Shown one piece after another: positions 8,028 through 15,646 of a stretch of 15,646 nucleotides of DNA. Each line of letters starts with the position of its first letter. Position 1 is the first letter of the stretch. Under the pieces are notes generated by a model. The model ran no database searches, had not been told where the DNA came from, and was given only the letters and a program-made list of their open reading frames with translations. Location: NCBI GenBank assembly GCA_016839785.1, contig JAEOTQ010000072.1:1-15646 (forward strand), in the 5' to 3' direction. Both the position numbers and the translations under genes were made by a program. This stretch comes from Candidatus Hodarchaeota archaeon (GTDB lineage: Archaea; Asgardarchaeota; Heimdallarchaeia; Hodarchaeales; Hodarchaeaceae).

Positions 8028-8817
8028 ATGAGAAAACTACCTCTCGAACCAGCATGTTGAAGAAACTAAACAACAAATACTGGAGTACTATAAAACACTG
8101 CTGGAAAAGGACAAAACTCCAATTCTTTCATCAGGAATTGGTGAGAAATATCATGGGATAGATTCCCAAAGTTACCCTTTAGATATCTTTATTGAAATCC
8201 CTGGTCATCTGATAGTTATTGAACTGTACACAGAAGAAATTCTGGACAACCTGGAAATTGATAGAATTCTGGAACAGCGATTTCAGCTCATTAGTCAACT
8301 CCGTCCAATCATTGCAATTATCGTGAGTACAAAAGGATTCCACAATATTAAGAAGGAAAAATTATCGACTACTGGCTATCCCCTCGTTTTAACACAAAAC
8401 TGTCAATTAATTATGTTGAATATTCATGCACAGTGGAATAAGCTTATTAATTGTTGTCTGTTTCCAAATCATGTCAAGGGGGTACCAAATCTTGATACAG
8501 AGTTACTAGCAAGTTCCGAAATTCCAAAAGTTCTTTCGAGTGTAGGCCAAATACGGGACATAATCTTAGATGGCAAGTTACGTACTAAGATCTATCTTTC
8601 ACTTTTACAACGACCGAAATATGGTGGAGAAATTGCCCAAGAACTAGAAAAAAATGTTTCGTCAGTATATCGTGTATTGAAAGAGCTTGGCCGACTGGGA
8701 ATAGTAAGCAGTCGTTGTAGTGCAGATTCATATAAGATTTATTACGAAATCTCATCCCTTGCGCACCATGCTAAGGATTCTATTTTGAGTTCTTTGGATA
8801 AAAACGGAACCATCTAA
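8028..8817 (+). pseudogene. Paralogue of 6797..7528 (Mrr-like fold + wHTH) with a disrupted start; the true coding frame opens at 8032, not 8323
   Basis: Frame 8032-8322 reads ENYLSNQHVEETKQQILEYY...ILSSGI...LDIFIEIPGHLIVIELY...ILEQRF...IIAIIVSTKGF and aligns with the leftward gene. ATG 8028, after GGAGGAAGGGAG, is one base out of frame, and an in-frame TGA lies at 8029-8031. Confidence 0.8.
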
Positions 8818-9060
8818 GTCCCCCAGTATAGACAAAATGAGCCCCTAGTTTTTTATTTGAATGATTTCTCATCCAAGAAGTTGAGAGATAGAAAGTGGGG
8901 GTGTAAACGGACGGTGTCTTCACAGCCGTAAGGCTAGACTAGACATCCTGAATTTGCTCACAGGAATATATTTTGGATCTAAAATTTTGGACGGAAAATG
9001 CCCAAAAACATAACCAGAGGATCTTAACAAGAAGGATCCACTTGTACTTTTTGATGTGGG

Positions 9061-9507
9061 ATGTGTCTCAGGAAGAGCAAAAATAACGTCTGGAAAGCAG
9101 TTAAACCCCACAGAACAGTTTTGATCCTAGAAAAGCAACGCCTCCTTCATTCGCTATATACTCACGCTCTAGAGGAACATAATTGGCGAGTCGTCAGCTG
9201 TGTGACCTCTCCACAGGAACTCCTCCAGAAATATCTGACGGTTCCGAAGAAACCTGATCTTCTCCTTCTCGATTATGAGGAGAAGCATTATCCTGAATTA
9301 CTTCCAGTCTTGCAAAGCATTTTGCTGGAATCCCCGTTTCAATATCTTTTATTTGTTAGTAGTGAGGAACGACTTGTGAGGGATAACACCTTCTTGCCTC
9401 CCCTCCTACGAGAAGTTCCTGTCGTTTTAAAATTCACTCATTCCATTCAGGACCTAGTCCATGATCTGGATTACCTTCCTGACTATGGATATCCCCTGAT
9501 GCACTGA
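9061..9507 (+). CDS. Stand-alone atypical response-regulator receiver (CheY-like) domain
   Basis: VLILEKQ (beta1), KPDLLLLDY (phosphoacceptor Asp), LLFVSS (Ser/Thr) and VVLK (Lys). The acidic pair is reduced to EK and the Pro after Lys is missing. Confidence 0.8.
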   Translation: MCLRKSKNNVWKAVKPHRTVLILEKQRLLHSLYTHALEEHNWRVVSCVTSPQELLQKYLTVPKKPDLLLLDYEEKHYPELLPVLQSILLESPFQYLLFVSSEERLVRDNTFLPPLLREVPVVLKFTHSIQDLVHDLDYLPDYGYPLMH

Positions 9508-9616
9508 GGCTGCCATAGTGAAATGATTCAACCTAGTAATTCGAATTTCTCGACAAAATTTTGAATATATAAATGAAAGTAAGGATGAGGGGTAGAGGAA
9601 ATCAACATTTCAAGAG

Positions 9617-10357
9617 GTGAAAATAATGACAAATGATATCCCTGAGAATATCAAGGCAATCTGGGAGGAAGGGCAACTCGCGAAGGCCTGTGGGGACAAA
9701 GAGGCAGCAATGAAGCATTTTCTCTGGTATTTTGATCTTCTTACAATTTTCTCTCAGTCTTTGAATTTGCCTTATTCCGAAGCATTACTTCAACAGCGCT
9801 TAGACGAAGTCCGAGCTGAAATTCGGACCTTTCTCTTAGATCCTACCTATTTACAAACCACTACGCTTCCTCATGAAGGAATTACCGAGATTAAACTTGC
9901 TATCGGTATGGTGGCACAGGAGACCGCGGATACCAGACAAGATTTAATCGAAACTGCAGTATTTGTCAAACATCCTACGAAAAAAGCACTAAGTGTTGAA
10001 CAGTTGACCTTAGTTGAACTCAAGTCTAAAACCGAGTTAAAGAATCGGGTCTTGAAAGTGGAAGTGACATGTGAAGGTAGAACACAACTATTCGCTTATG
10101 ATACATTGCCTGACCCTAGAATTTCATTGTCAACGATTGCCGATCAAATTCGGACCTCTACAGGTAGAGCTTTCAAGACATTTACGACATACGAAGGAAC
10201 TTTTATTGTCCAGACAGGTTATCCTTCCATTCGAAATTTACTTACCTGTTATTTAGAGCAGGGTGGATGGCTAACGGCTGATGAAGCCTCTCAGATTGAA
10301 GTAGTGGGCTATCCGTCTACCAATCATGCGTTTCCCGATGTGTTTGGAGTGACCTAG
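9617..10357 (+). CDS. Hypothetical protein: N-terminal MIT/TPR-like helical bundle plus an unrecognised ~145-aa C-terminal domain
   Basis: GAGG upstream. AIWEEGQLAKACGDKEAAMKHFLWYFDLL has a TPR/MIT-like helix-pair pattern. The C-terminal domain is duplicated at 3107..3562. Confidence 0.8.
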   Translation: MKIMTNDIPENIKAIWEEGQLAKACGDKEAAMKHFLWYFDLLTIFSQSLNLPYSEALLQQRLDEVRAEIRTFLLDPTYLQTTTLPHEGITEIKLAIGMVAQETADTRQDLIETAVFVKHPTKKALSVEQLTLVELKSKTELKNRVLKVEVTCEGRTQLFAYDTLPDPRISLSTIADQIRTSTGRAFKTFTTYEGTFIVQTGYPSIRNLLTCYLEQGGWLTADEASQIEVVGYPSTNHAFPDVFGVT

Positions 10358-10734
10358 AAATCATACTCGTAGGAAATCTTATAAGCGATATTATCTAGAT
10401 TTTAGCGAGGTTTTTGTGGGTGAAGAAATCCTTTTCTAAAATTCCATAAAGACCTCCTCCCTCCCCCCTCCTCTTATCATTTTTTATGAAATATAAGTCA
10501 TGGACAGCATGAATGTATAAATTATTAGTCATAATGCGGTCGTCAATCATTATCAGTGTAGTGGATTCTAGGACAAAAAAGGGTCACTCAGCAGGGTACA
10601 TTATGTCAGAGTATCAGGTTTCTTTGAAGTTTTAGGAAAGTATTCAGATGGTTTGAAGGTGAAAAAATCAAAGATGCGATCTGGGATAGTCTTCTTCCTG
10701 CTTTTGTGAAAGATATGCTGAGGAAGGCGGTATT

Positions 10735-10750
10735 TGAAAAAAAAGAAGAT
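10735..10750 (-). terminator. Oligo-T terminator after the small peptide gene
   Basis: The minus strand reads a CTTC + T-run + CAA tract within about 20 nt after the TAA at 10759-10757. Confidence 0.45.
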
Positions 10751-10756
10751 GGAGGG

Positions 10757-10888
10757 TTAAAGAGGGGGTAAGGGGCCTCCTAATACATCAGCCGATCCTT
10801 GATTGATGACAAGGAGCATCACTAACACCCAAAGGGTCACCCAAAAGACTTTCCTCCAGTTATCCCATATTGATTTCTTCAATGCCAT
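10757..10888 (-). CDS. Unannotated 43-aa secreted prepropeptide MALKKSIWDNWRKVFWVTLWVLVMLLVINQGSA/DVLGGPLPPL
   Basis: ATG 10888 to TAA 10757. Basic n-region, 15-residue h-region, polar c-region ending G-S-A (small residues at -3/-1) and a 10-aa tail. Followed by an oligo-T tract. Confidence 0.65.
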   Translation of the reverse strand: MALKKSIWDNWRKVFWVTLWVLVMLLVINQGSADVLGGPLPPL

Positions 10889-10950
10889 TTTCTTTTCACT
10901 TCTTTCAACTTAGAATTCTATAAGCGGATTCGCTCAGAAAGGATTCTCAT

Positions 10951-10978
10951 TTTCACTTATATATTCGAAAGAGTGAAA
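10951..10978. promoter_or_regulatory. Inverted repeat enclosing a TATA-like element in the divergent promoter region
   Basis: TTTCACT (10951-10957), TATATATTCGAAAG, AGTGAAA (10972-10978). A further TTTTCACTT half-site lies at 10893-10901. Confidence 0.45.
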
Positions 10979-11048
10979 CTGACCTCTAACTAGTCGAGCC
11001 ATTTTATTGAGATTTTAAGGAAAACATCAGGTGAGCTTATGATCAGAT

Positions 11049-12542
11049 ATGAATCACTCAGTCCCACATCAGAAACTAGAGGAATCCTCTGTTTCTCTCC
11101 CCTTGGATCCGTTTGTACGGGATATTTGTACCCTTTGGACTCAAATTCGTCATCAGGTAGGTCAAAGGCGGATTCGAAAAATTTCCAAAACTGTCGAGAT
11201 TACACAAGGGCTTATGGACAAATTAACTCTTCCTTTTTATGAAAAATATCAGAATAGTCCTTTGATTGAATATTCTCCCGCTTGGATAAAATATTTCGCC
11301 TCTATTTCAATATTATGGCGAGGTGGACGAATCCTGTTCCCTTTACGATTTGTTACTTATGAACTCGCATATTTCCAAGATCAGTTTCTGGAGACTTACC
11401 TGGAACAAGTGCAGCAGCAGAAGATTTCTGGCACGGTTGAGACTTTCTTTAAGATTGTATTTCCTAAATTACTTCATCTCGCCTTACCGCTTTCCACTTC
11501 AGATGTTCTTCTTTTAAAAAACCTTCAATCTGTCTATAATGCTCAAAATAGGTACTCTGGCCCCTCCGCGCGAAATTTTGTCCACAAAATCCCCAATTTG
11601 CCTGCAGAGACGATTCGTAATAAGTTCGAATACTTCCGTTATTTTCAGATAGCGATTCCTGCTCATTTTCTTGATATGGGGAAGTTAGGGTTTGAGACTT
11701 TTCTGATCTCTCATTCTGTTTCCTTAGTGAATCAGCTTTCACCTTATTGTTTACTCTCTGTGAATCTGAATGGTTCTTATTATAGTCTGATTCAGCTTCC
11801 TTACACTAACACTCATTTACTGGAGGTATTGCTTGACTTTCTAGCTAGGGATGAGAGTTCATCTCCAGAATATCTCCCTATGACTTGGAGAACCCATTCA
11901 TGGAATTTATCCTCTCTTCAGATGGGAAAAAACAACTGGGAACTTCCATATGCCTTTTTCCATGGTGATCCAACTGTCAGTCCCGAGGGGCCGCCTTTCA
12001 CCATGAACCTATCCTTGGATCCTCAGTTTGAGCCTTTTCGGCCTCTTACCGAGGCGGATCTGAAACTCTTATCTTTTTTAACGACCGTTGGGAAATTCCT
12101 CCGAATCAACGATTTAGCCAAGCAATTAGAGCTTCACCGTAATACTGTGGTTAAGCTTTTGACAGATTATCAATCGTCTCACCTGCTTCATCAAGTGGTT
12201 CAGTATTTTAATCTCGGATTGGATTTGCCTGTGTACCTTTACATGTCGATTCCTCAACAGTCGATCAAAATTCCTTTCTTAGAGCAGTGTAGGACCTTAC
12301 CTCGGATAGACTTATTTTCTACTCAGACTCCCCAAACATCAATCTTCTTTGGCAGAATTGATCTCCCGTCGTTATGGTGCAGAGAGTTCGTTTCTCATAT
12401 GCATATGTTCCGAGAAGCTTATCCTGAGATAATTCTTCATTATTCCTTTGAGCCGGCTTCTCTTATCCGTTGGAATCTTTCCCTTAGTGAAACTTATGAT
12501 GGTTTGGGGGGAACCCCTCATAACTCCATGAAATACGAATGA
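11049..12542 (+). CDS. Large transcriptional regulator with two tandem Lrp/AsnC-like wHTH + ligand-domain modules
   Basis: Module 1 is LSTSDVLLLKNL...ETIRNKFEYF...LDMGKLGFETFLI. Module 2 is LTEADLKLLSFL...INDLAKQLELHRNTVVKLL...YFNLGLDLPVYLYM. Both match the Lrp pattern LxxxDxxIL...HTH...dxxkLG. Confidence 0.75.
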   Translation: MNHSVPHQKLEESSVSLPLDPFVRDICTLWTQIRHQVGQRRIRKISKTVEITQGLMDKLTLPFYEKYQNSPLIEYSPAWIKYFASISILWRGGRILFPLRFVTYELAYFQDQFLETYLEQVQQQKISGTVETFFKIVFPKLLHLALPLSTSDVLLLKNLQSVYNAQNRYSGPSARNFVHKIPNLPAETIRNKFEYFRYFQIAIPAHFLDMGKLGFETFLISHSVSLVNQLSPYCLLSVNLNGSYYSLIQLPYTNTHLLEVLLDFLARDESSSPEYLPMTWRTHSWNLSSLQMGKNNWELPYAFFHGDPTVSPEGPPFTMNLSLDPQFEPFRPLTEADLKLLSFLTTVGKFLRINDLAKQLELHRNTVVKLLTDYQSSHLLHQVVQYFNLGLDLPVYLYMSIPQQSIKIPFLEQCRTLPRIDLFSTQTPQTSIFFGRIDLPSLWCREFVSHMHMFREAYPEIILHYSFEPASLIRWNLSLSETYDGLGGTPHNSMKYE

Positions 12543-12959
12543 AATCTGTTTGATCTCAGTCCGTTTTTTTCTCCAAATTTTCGTTAAATTGTGCCCGAAA
12601 AGTCACTCCTTGGAGCTTAAAGATGGCTTAGGGAATAGATGAGTGGTTGTAAAGACTGTCCCTACTCAGATAGGGGTTCATCTGTAAGCTTAGGGATGGC
12701 TTCTTTTCGACCCCATTCACGGATTGGTTAATACTCTTACAAACAGTTGTCAAACGCTTCTTGATTCTCGTCGTCGGGGGTATCTGATGAGTACGGGTGA
12801 GGAGTCACTTCTCAGTCTCCTTTTTTTAATAAAACATTTAATGTACAATAGCACATCCAAAAAACCTTCAAAAGAAGTTTTTTCATCCTTTTTTTGAGAA
12901 TATAGGCACTACCACCAGTTAAATCGACCAAATTACGAGTTCTGTATGAAGGGTTTTAG

Positions 12960-12990
12960 TTTTTAGGAAAAAAAAGAAAAAAGGGGTGAA
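12960..12990 (-). terminator. Archaeal oligo-T terminator
   Basis: Two long T-runs on the minus strand immediately after the stop at 12992. Confidence 0.55.
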
Positions 12991-12991
12991 A

Positions 12992-13378
12992 TTACAGAAA
13001 ATAATCAATAACGAGGACAATTCCACCAAGTAATACAAGTAGGCCTCCAAGACCTGCACCGATAATACCTACAACAATATAGATAATTCCCCATAATAAG
13101 AGTTCGTTTTTAGGTTTTCCAGCAAGTTGTTTGTAGCCGAAGACGGCAACAATACCAAGAACAATCATAATCGCGCCAGCAATTAATCGACTATCTGCTC
13201 CACCTATAGCTTCACCGACAAAGTTCATACCTAGATCAACGCCAAATTGATCAAGAGCAAAAATTGCATCATCCAATACATTATTAACGACCATTACAAT
13301 GCCAAGGACGATCATAAGAATACCGCCAATGACACCTAATATTCTTCCTATAAATTTTAAATCAGCCATTTTAATCAC
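12992..13378 (-). CDS. Small Gly-rich membrane protein, about 4 TM; likely start ATG 13369 (MADLK)
   Basis: ILGVIGGILMIVLGIV...GIIYIVVGIIGAGLGGLLVLLGGIVLVI, with repeated GxxxG-type helices. Confidence 0.85.
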   Translation of the reverse strand: MIKMADLKFIGRILGVIGGILMIVLGIVMVVNNVLDDAIFALDQFGVDLGMNFVGEAIGGADSRLIAGAIMIVLGIVAVFGYKQLAGKPKNELLLWGIIYIVVGIIGAGLGGLLVLLGGIVLVIDYFL

Positions 13379-13644
13379 AGTTTATTTCTTAATTGTGTAA
13401 AATCCGCGGATTATTTCGGATTTTGAGGACGGATGTAGTTGGGGTTTTTGAGAAATTATATACTTTACGAGTAGGAATTTCGTAATTAACAACATACTAT
13501 GAAATTTATTTCTTCTATCTTTACTTCAACGATCAAAAGTCTTGATCATAAATGAGCAAACGACAATCTACCAACGATTTAGGTTAAAATCATGCCAAAT
13601 TCATTGACGAAAGTCATAAATATACTCTCGGTGTCATATTATTT

Positions 13645-14094
13645 CAAAAGAATTACAAACCAAATTAATTGAGTAGTGGTGAGGTATAACGAGTTGGTTT
13701 AGCTGTAGCTCTTGTTAATGATCCCAAAATTTTACTGACAGACGAATCAAGTGGTGAACTCGATTCAGAAACTACTTCACAGATCATTGATTATTTTAAA
13801 GAACAATAGAGAGATCTAGGAAAAACCATTATTGTTCTAACACATGACCCAGAATTTGCATCAATGAGTAATAAAACATTGAAAATCCAAAATGGTAAGC
13901 TAGCTGGATTATATGAGAATAAGAGTAAAATTAATTATTCCAAAAATGAAGAACTGACATTTGTAGACAAATTTGGAACCTTAACTATTCCAGAAAAATT
14001 CCGAAAAATTGTTAATTTCCATGAGTATATACAATTTAGACTTGAGAAAAGAAAATTGATCGTAGATCCAGTTAACTCCGATGAAGAACCCTGA
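13645..14094 (+). pseudogene. Remnant of a LolD/MacB-type ABC ATPase (C-terminal half) with a C-terminal AbrB-like domain
   Basis: In frame with ORF 13864: KNYKPN*LSSGEV*RVGLAVALVNDPKILLTDESSGELDSETTSQIIDYFKEQ*RDLGKTIIVLTHDPEFA (signature, Walker B, D-loop, H-loop), then VDKFGTLTIPEKFR (AbrB-like). Stops at 13666, 13687 and 13807; no Walker A found. Confidence 0.92.
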
Positions 14095-14404
14095 TTCAAG
14101 CAAAGTTGATATCCTTAAATAGAATTTCACTTTATAAAAAGGTGTTGAAATGTCGTAATAGCACGTATCCTGATTTTCCTCTAGGTATGGGCTTCATTTT
14201 TTCGTATTTTTCACTGAAAAAATCATTCTACTAACAGAAAATCACGAGTCAAGGTATTAAACACAAGTTTTATCATTTCTTACCATATGAACGCAGTTCA
14301 CATGTTCACATGCACTTTCACTTTTGTGCATAGAAGTTCCACTCGCTTGACCACTCATTCCTATGGAAGTCCCATTTCTTTTACTAAAAGGTAGATAGAA
14401 AGGA

Positions 14405-15646
14405 CTATTCGCTTTCTCTAATACCTGTGGCTTTTCTAGCAGTTTTTTTCTGTTTATACGCATAAAAAAGCTCAGATAATTCTTGTATCTGACTGAGTAA
14501 CTTAATTATGTCTATAGTTACAAATTGATAATCATTTATAACCATTTCTCCATTTGAGATAACATAGCGAAGTTCATTTCCGTTTGCGGCCCAAATGAGA
14601 TTCTCAATAACATTATCACTCCTAGTGGGAGTGAGATTGGGAACAGAAAGATCTATTATGGCAATATCGGCAGTTTTTCCAGGAGTCAATGAACCCGTAT
14701 TATAGTCTAATATTTGTGAAGGGATGATTGTAATTCTTTCTAACACATCTTGTGCAGTCATTAACGTTGCATTTTTATGAAGAGCTTTCTGATATTGGGC
14801 GGCTAAACGAGCGGCATTGATAATATTTTGGTTGTCTGCACTCCCTGATCCATCAGTAGATATAGCAAATGGTATGTTTCGTCTTTTAAATTCTTGAATT
14901 GGTGGCATTCCTGAACCTAGGATCGTATTTGCCAAAGGATTATGGACTACTGCGGTATGTGTGTTTTCAAGAATTTCCAAATCTTTTTCAGAATTATGAA
15001 CTTGATGACCAACAAATGTCTGTTTATCTAGAAATCCGATAGAATTGGCATATTCAATTGGTGTCATCCCATATTCTTTTGTAAACCATTGAGTTGTAGC
15101 ATGTTCCTCACTGGAATGGATATGTATCATTGATTGATGATCATCGGCCCAATTTTTTAATTGTTTAAGTAGCTCTGGTCCATTAGAGAAAAGTTGATCA
15201 GGACCAGGGATAATTCGTACATTGGGTTCATCCTTATATTTCTCATAGAGATCATTCATTCGTTTGATTGCCAGTTCTACTGGTTTATCAAGAATTCGTG
15301 GATCATAATGTCTATCTTGTGATCCCACTGCAATGGTGATCTTGGTTTTTGCATCTCGATTCGCCTCCACCAATTCTGGTACATGATACTTGTTGAAATT
15401 ACAGTGATGAACTACTGCAGTTGTAATCCCGTGCTGTAGATCATCAATACGTGCTTTTAGGTAAGTGAGATAATAGGGGGATCGTCCAAATCTTTTTGTT
15501 AGTATCTCTTCTTCCTCGTGAAGAAAACCTGTGAAGTGATTGACTGCTTCGTCGAGCCAGGTTGTTAATGGTACATCCTTCGCAATTCCTATTAGAGGTG
15601 ACTCATGATCATGTCCATGAGCTTTGACAAATCCTGGTAATGCGAC
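14405..15646 (-). CDS. Metal-dependent amidohydrolase, MtaD/AtzA/TrzA (nucleoside/nucleobase deaminase) group; 5' end outside the window
   Basis: The frame is open from 15646: LPGFVKAHGHDHE (HxH), PLTTWLD, GITT, IHIHSSE, HQVH, VVHNPLAN, STDGSGS and GSLTPGKTADI. The ORF-track start at 15373 is internal. Confidence 0.93.
   Translation of the reverse strand, partial: VALPGFVKAHGHDHESPLIGIAKDVPLTTWLDEAVNHFTGFLHEEEEILTKRFGRSPYYLTYLKARIDDLQHGITTAVVHHCNFNKYHVPELVEANRDAKTKITIAVGSQDRHYDPRILDKPVELAIKRMNDLYEKYKDEPNVRIIPGPDQLFSNGPELLKQLKNWADDHQSMIHIHSSEEHATTQWFTKEYGMTPIEYANSIGFLDKQTFVGHQVHNSEKDLEILENTHTAVVHNPLANTILGSGMPPIQEFKRRNIPFAISTDGSGSADNQNIINAARLAAQYQKALHKNATLMTAQDVLERITIIPSQILDYNTGSLTPGKTADIAIIDLSVPNLTPTRSDNVIENLIWAANGNELRYVISNGEMVINDYQFVTIDIIKLLSQIQELSELFYAYKQKKTARKATGIRESE

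Noticed and set aside
8920-11742. ORFs 8920..9111, 10071..10256, 11039..11242, 11323..11517 and 11464..11742
   Set aside because: Alternate-frame or antisense overlaps of longer supported genes.
12580-12808. Possible minus-strand gene from GTG 12808 (…EAFDNCL*EY*PIREWGRKEAIPKL…)
   Set aside because: Several stops and no recognisable family; too weak to list as a feature.
1090-12960. Call as provirus or integrative element
   Set aside because: No active integrase, transposase, capsid, packaging or replication gene, and no att or terminal repeats found by eye. Only mosaic junctions support an accessory region.
13645-13810. Stop-codon reassignment (TAA/TAG = Gln), suggested by stops at conserved Gln positions
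   Set aside because: Intact genes here end in TAA, TAG and TGA, and the same relic also has missense damage in its signature and Walker B/D-loop region and lacks Walker A, so decay explains it.
14257-14463. 68-aa ORF with a Cys/His tail (CEHVNCVH…C)
   Set aside because: Its first part overlaps the amidohydrolase in another frame, and the remaining ~33 codons have no clear SD or recognisable family.

Overview
AT-rich archaeal DNA, most likely an Asgard (Heimdallarchaeia-like) genome. That assignment is inferred from TATA boxes, oligo-T terminators, a duplicated Lrp-like regulator and a TP-TM-RRR surface protein; no marker gene is present. Housekeeping-type genes sit at both edges: htpX on the left and an MtaD-like amidohydrolase on the right, both running off the window. 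Between them is a mosaic accessory region of about 11.5 kb with truncated genes, pseudogenes and three paralogue pairs. Highlights: (1) two divergent paralogous Mrr-like nuclease-fold + winged-HTH proteins flanking an array of CTAG motifs phased at exactly 11 bp, including two CTAG-N7-CTAG palindromes, which resembles a genetic switch; (2) an unannotated 43-aa signal-peptide-only ORF that would release a 10-residue peptide, divergent from a large double Lrp-like regulator, a candidate peptide signalling module; (3) a catalytically dead serine-recombinase-like domain at the left island edge next to a 5'-truncated OB-fold-like gene; (4) a tandem DUF5658-like membrane pair upstream of a 5'-truncated zinc protease; (5) an ABC ATPase pseudogene decayed by C>T/G>A transitions. 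No rRNA, tRNA, CRISPR array or transposase was recognised.
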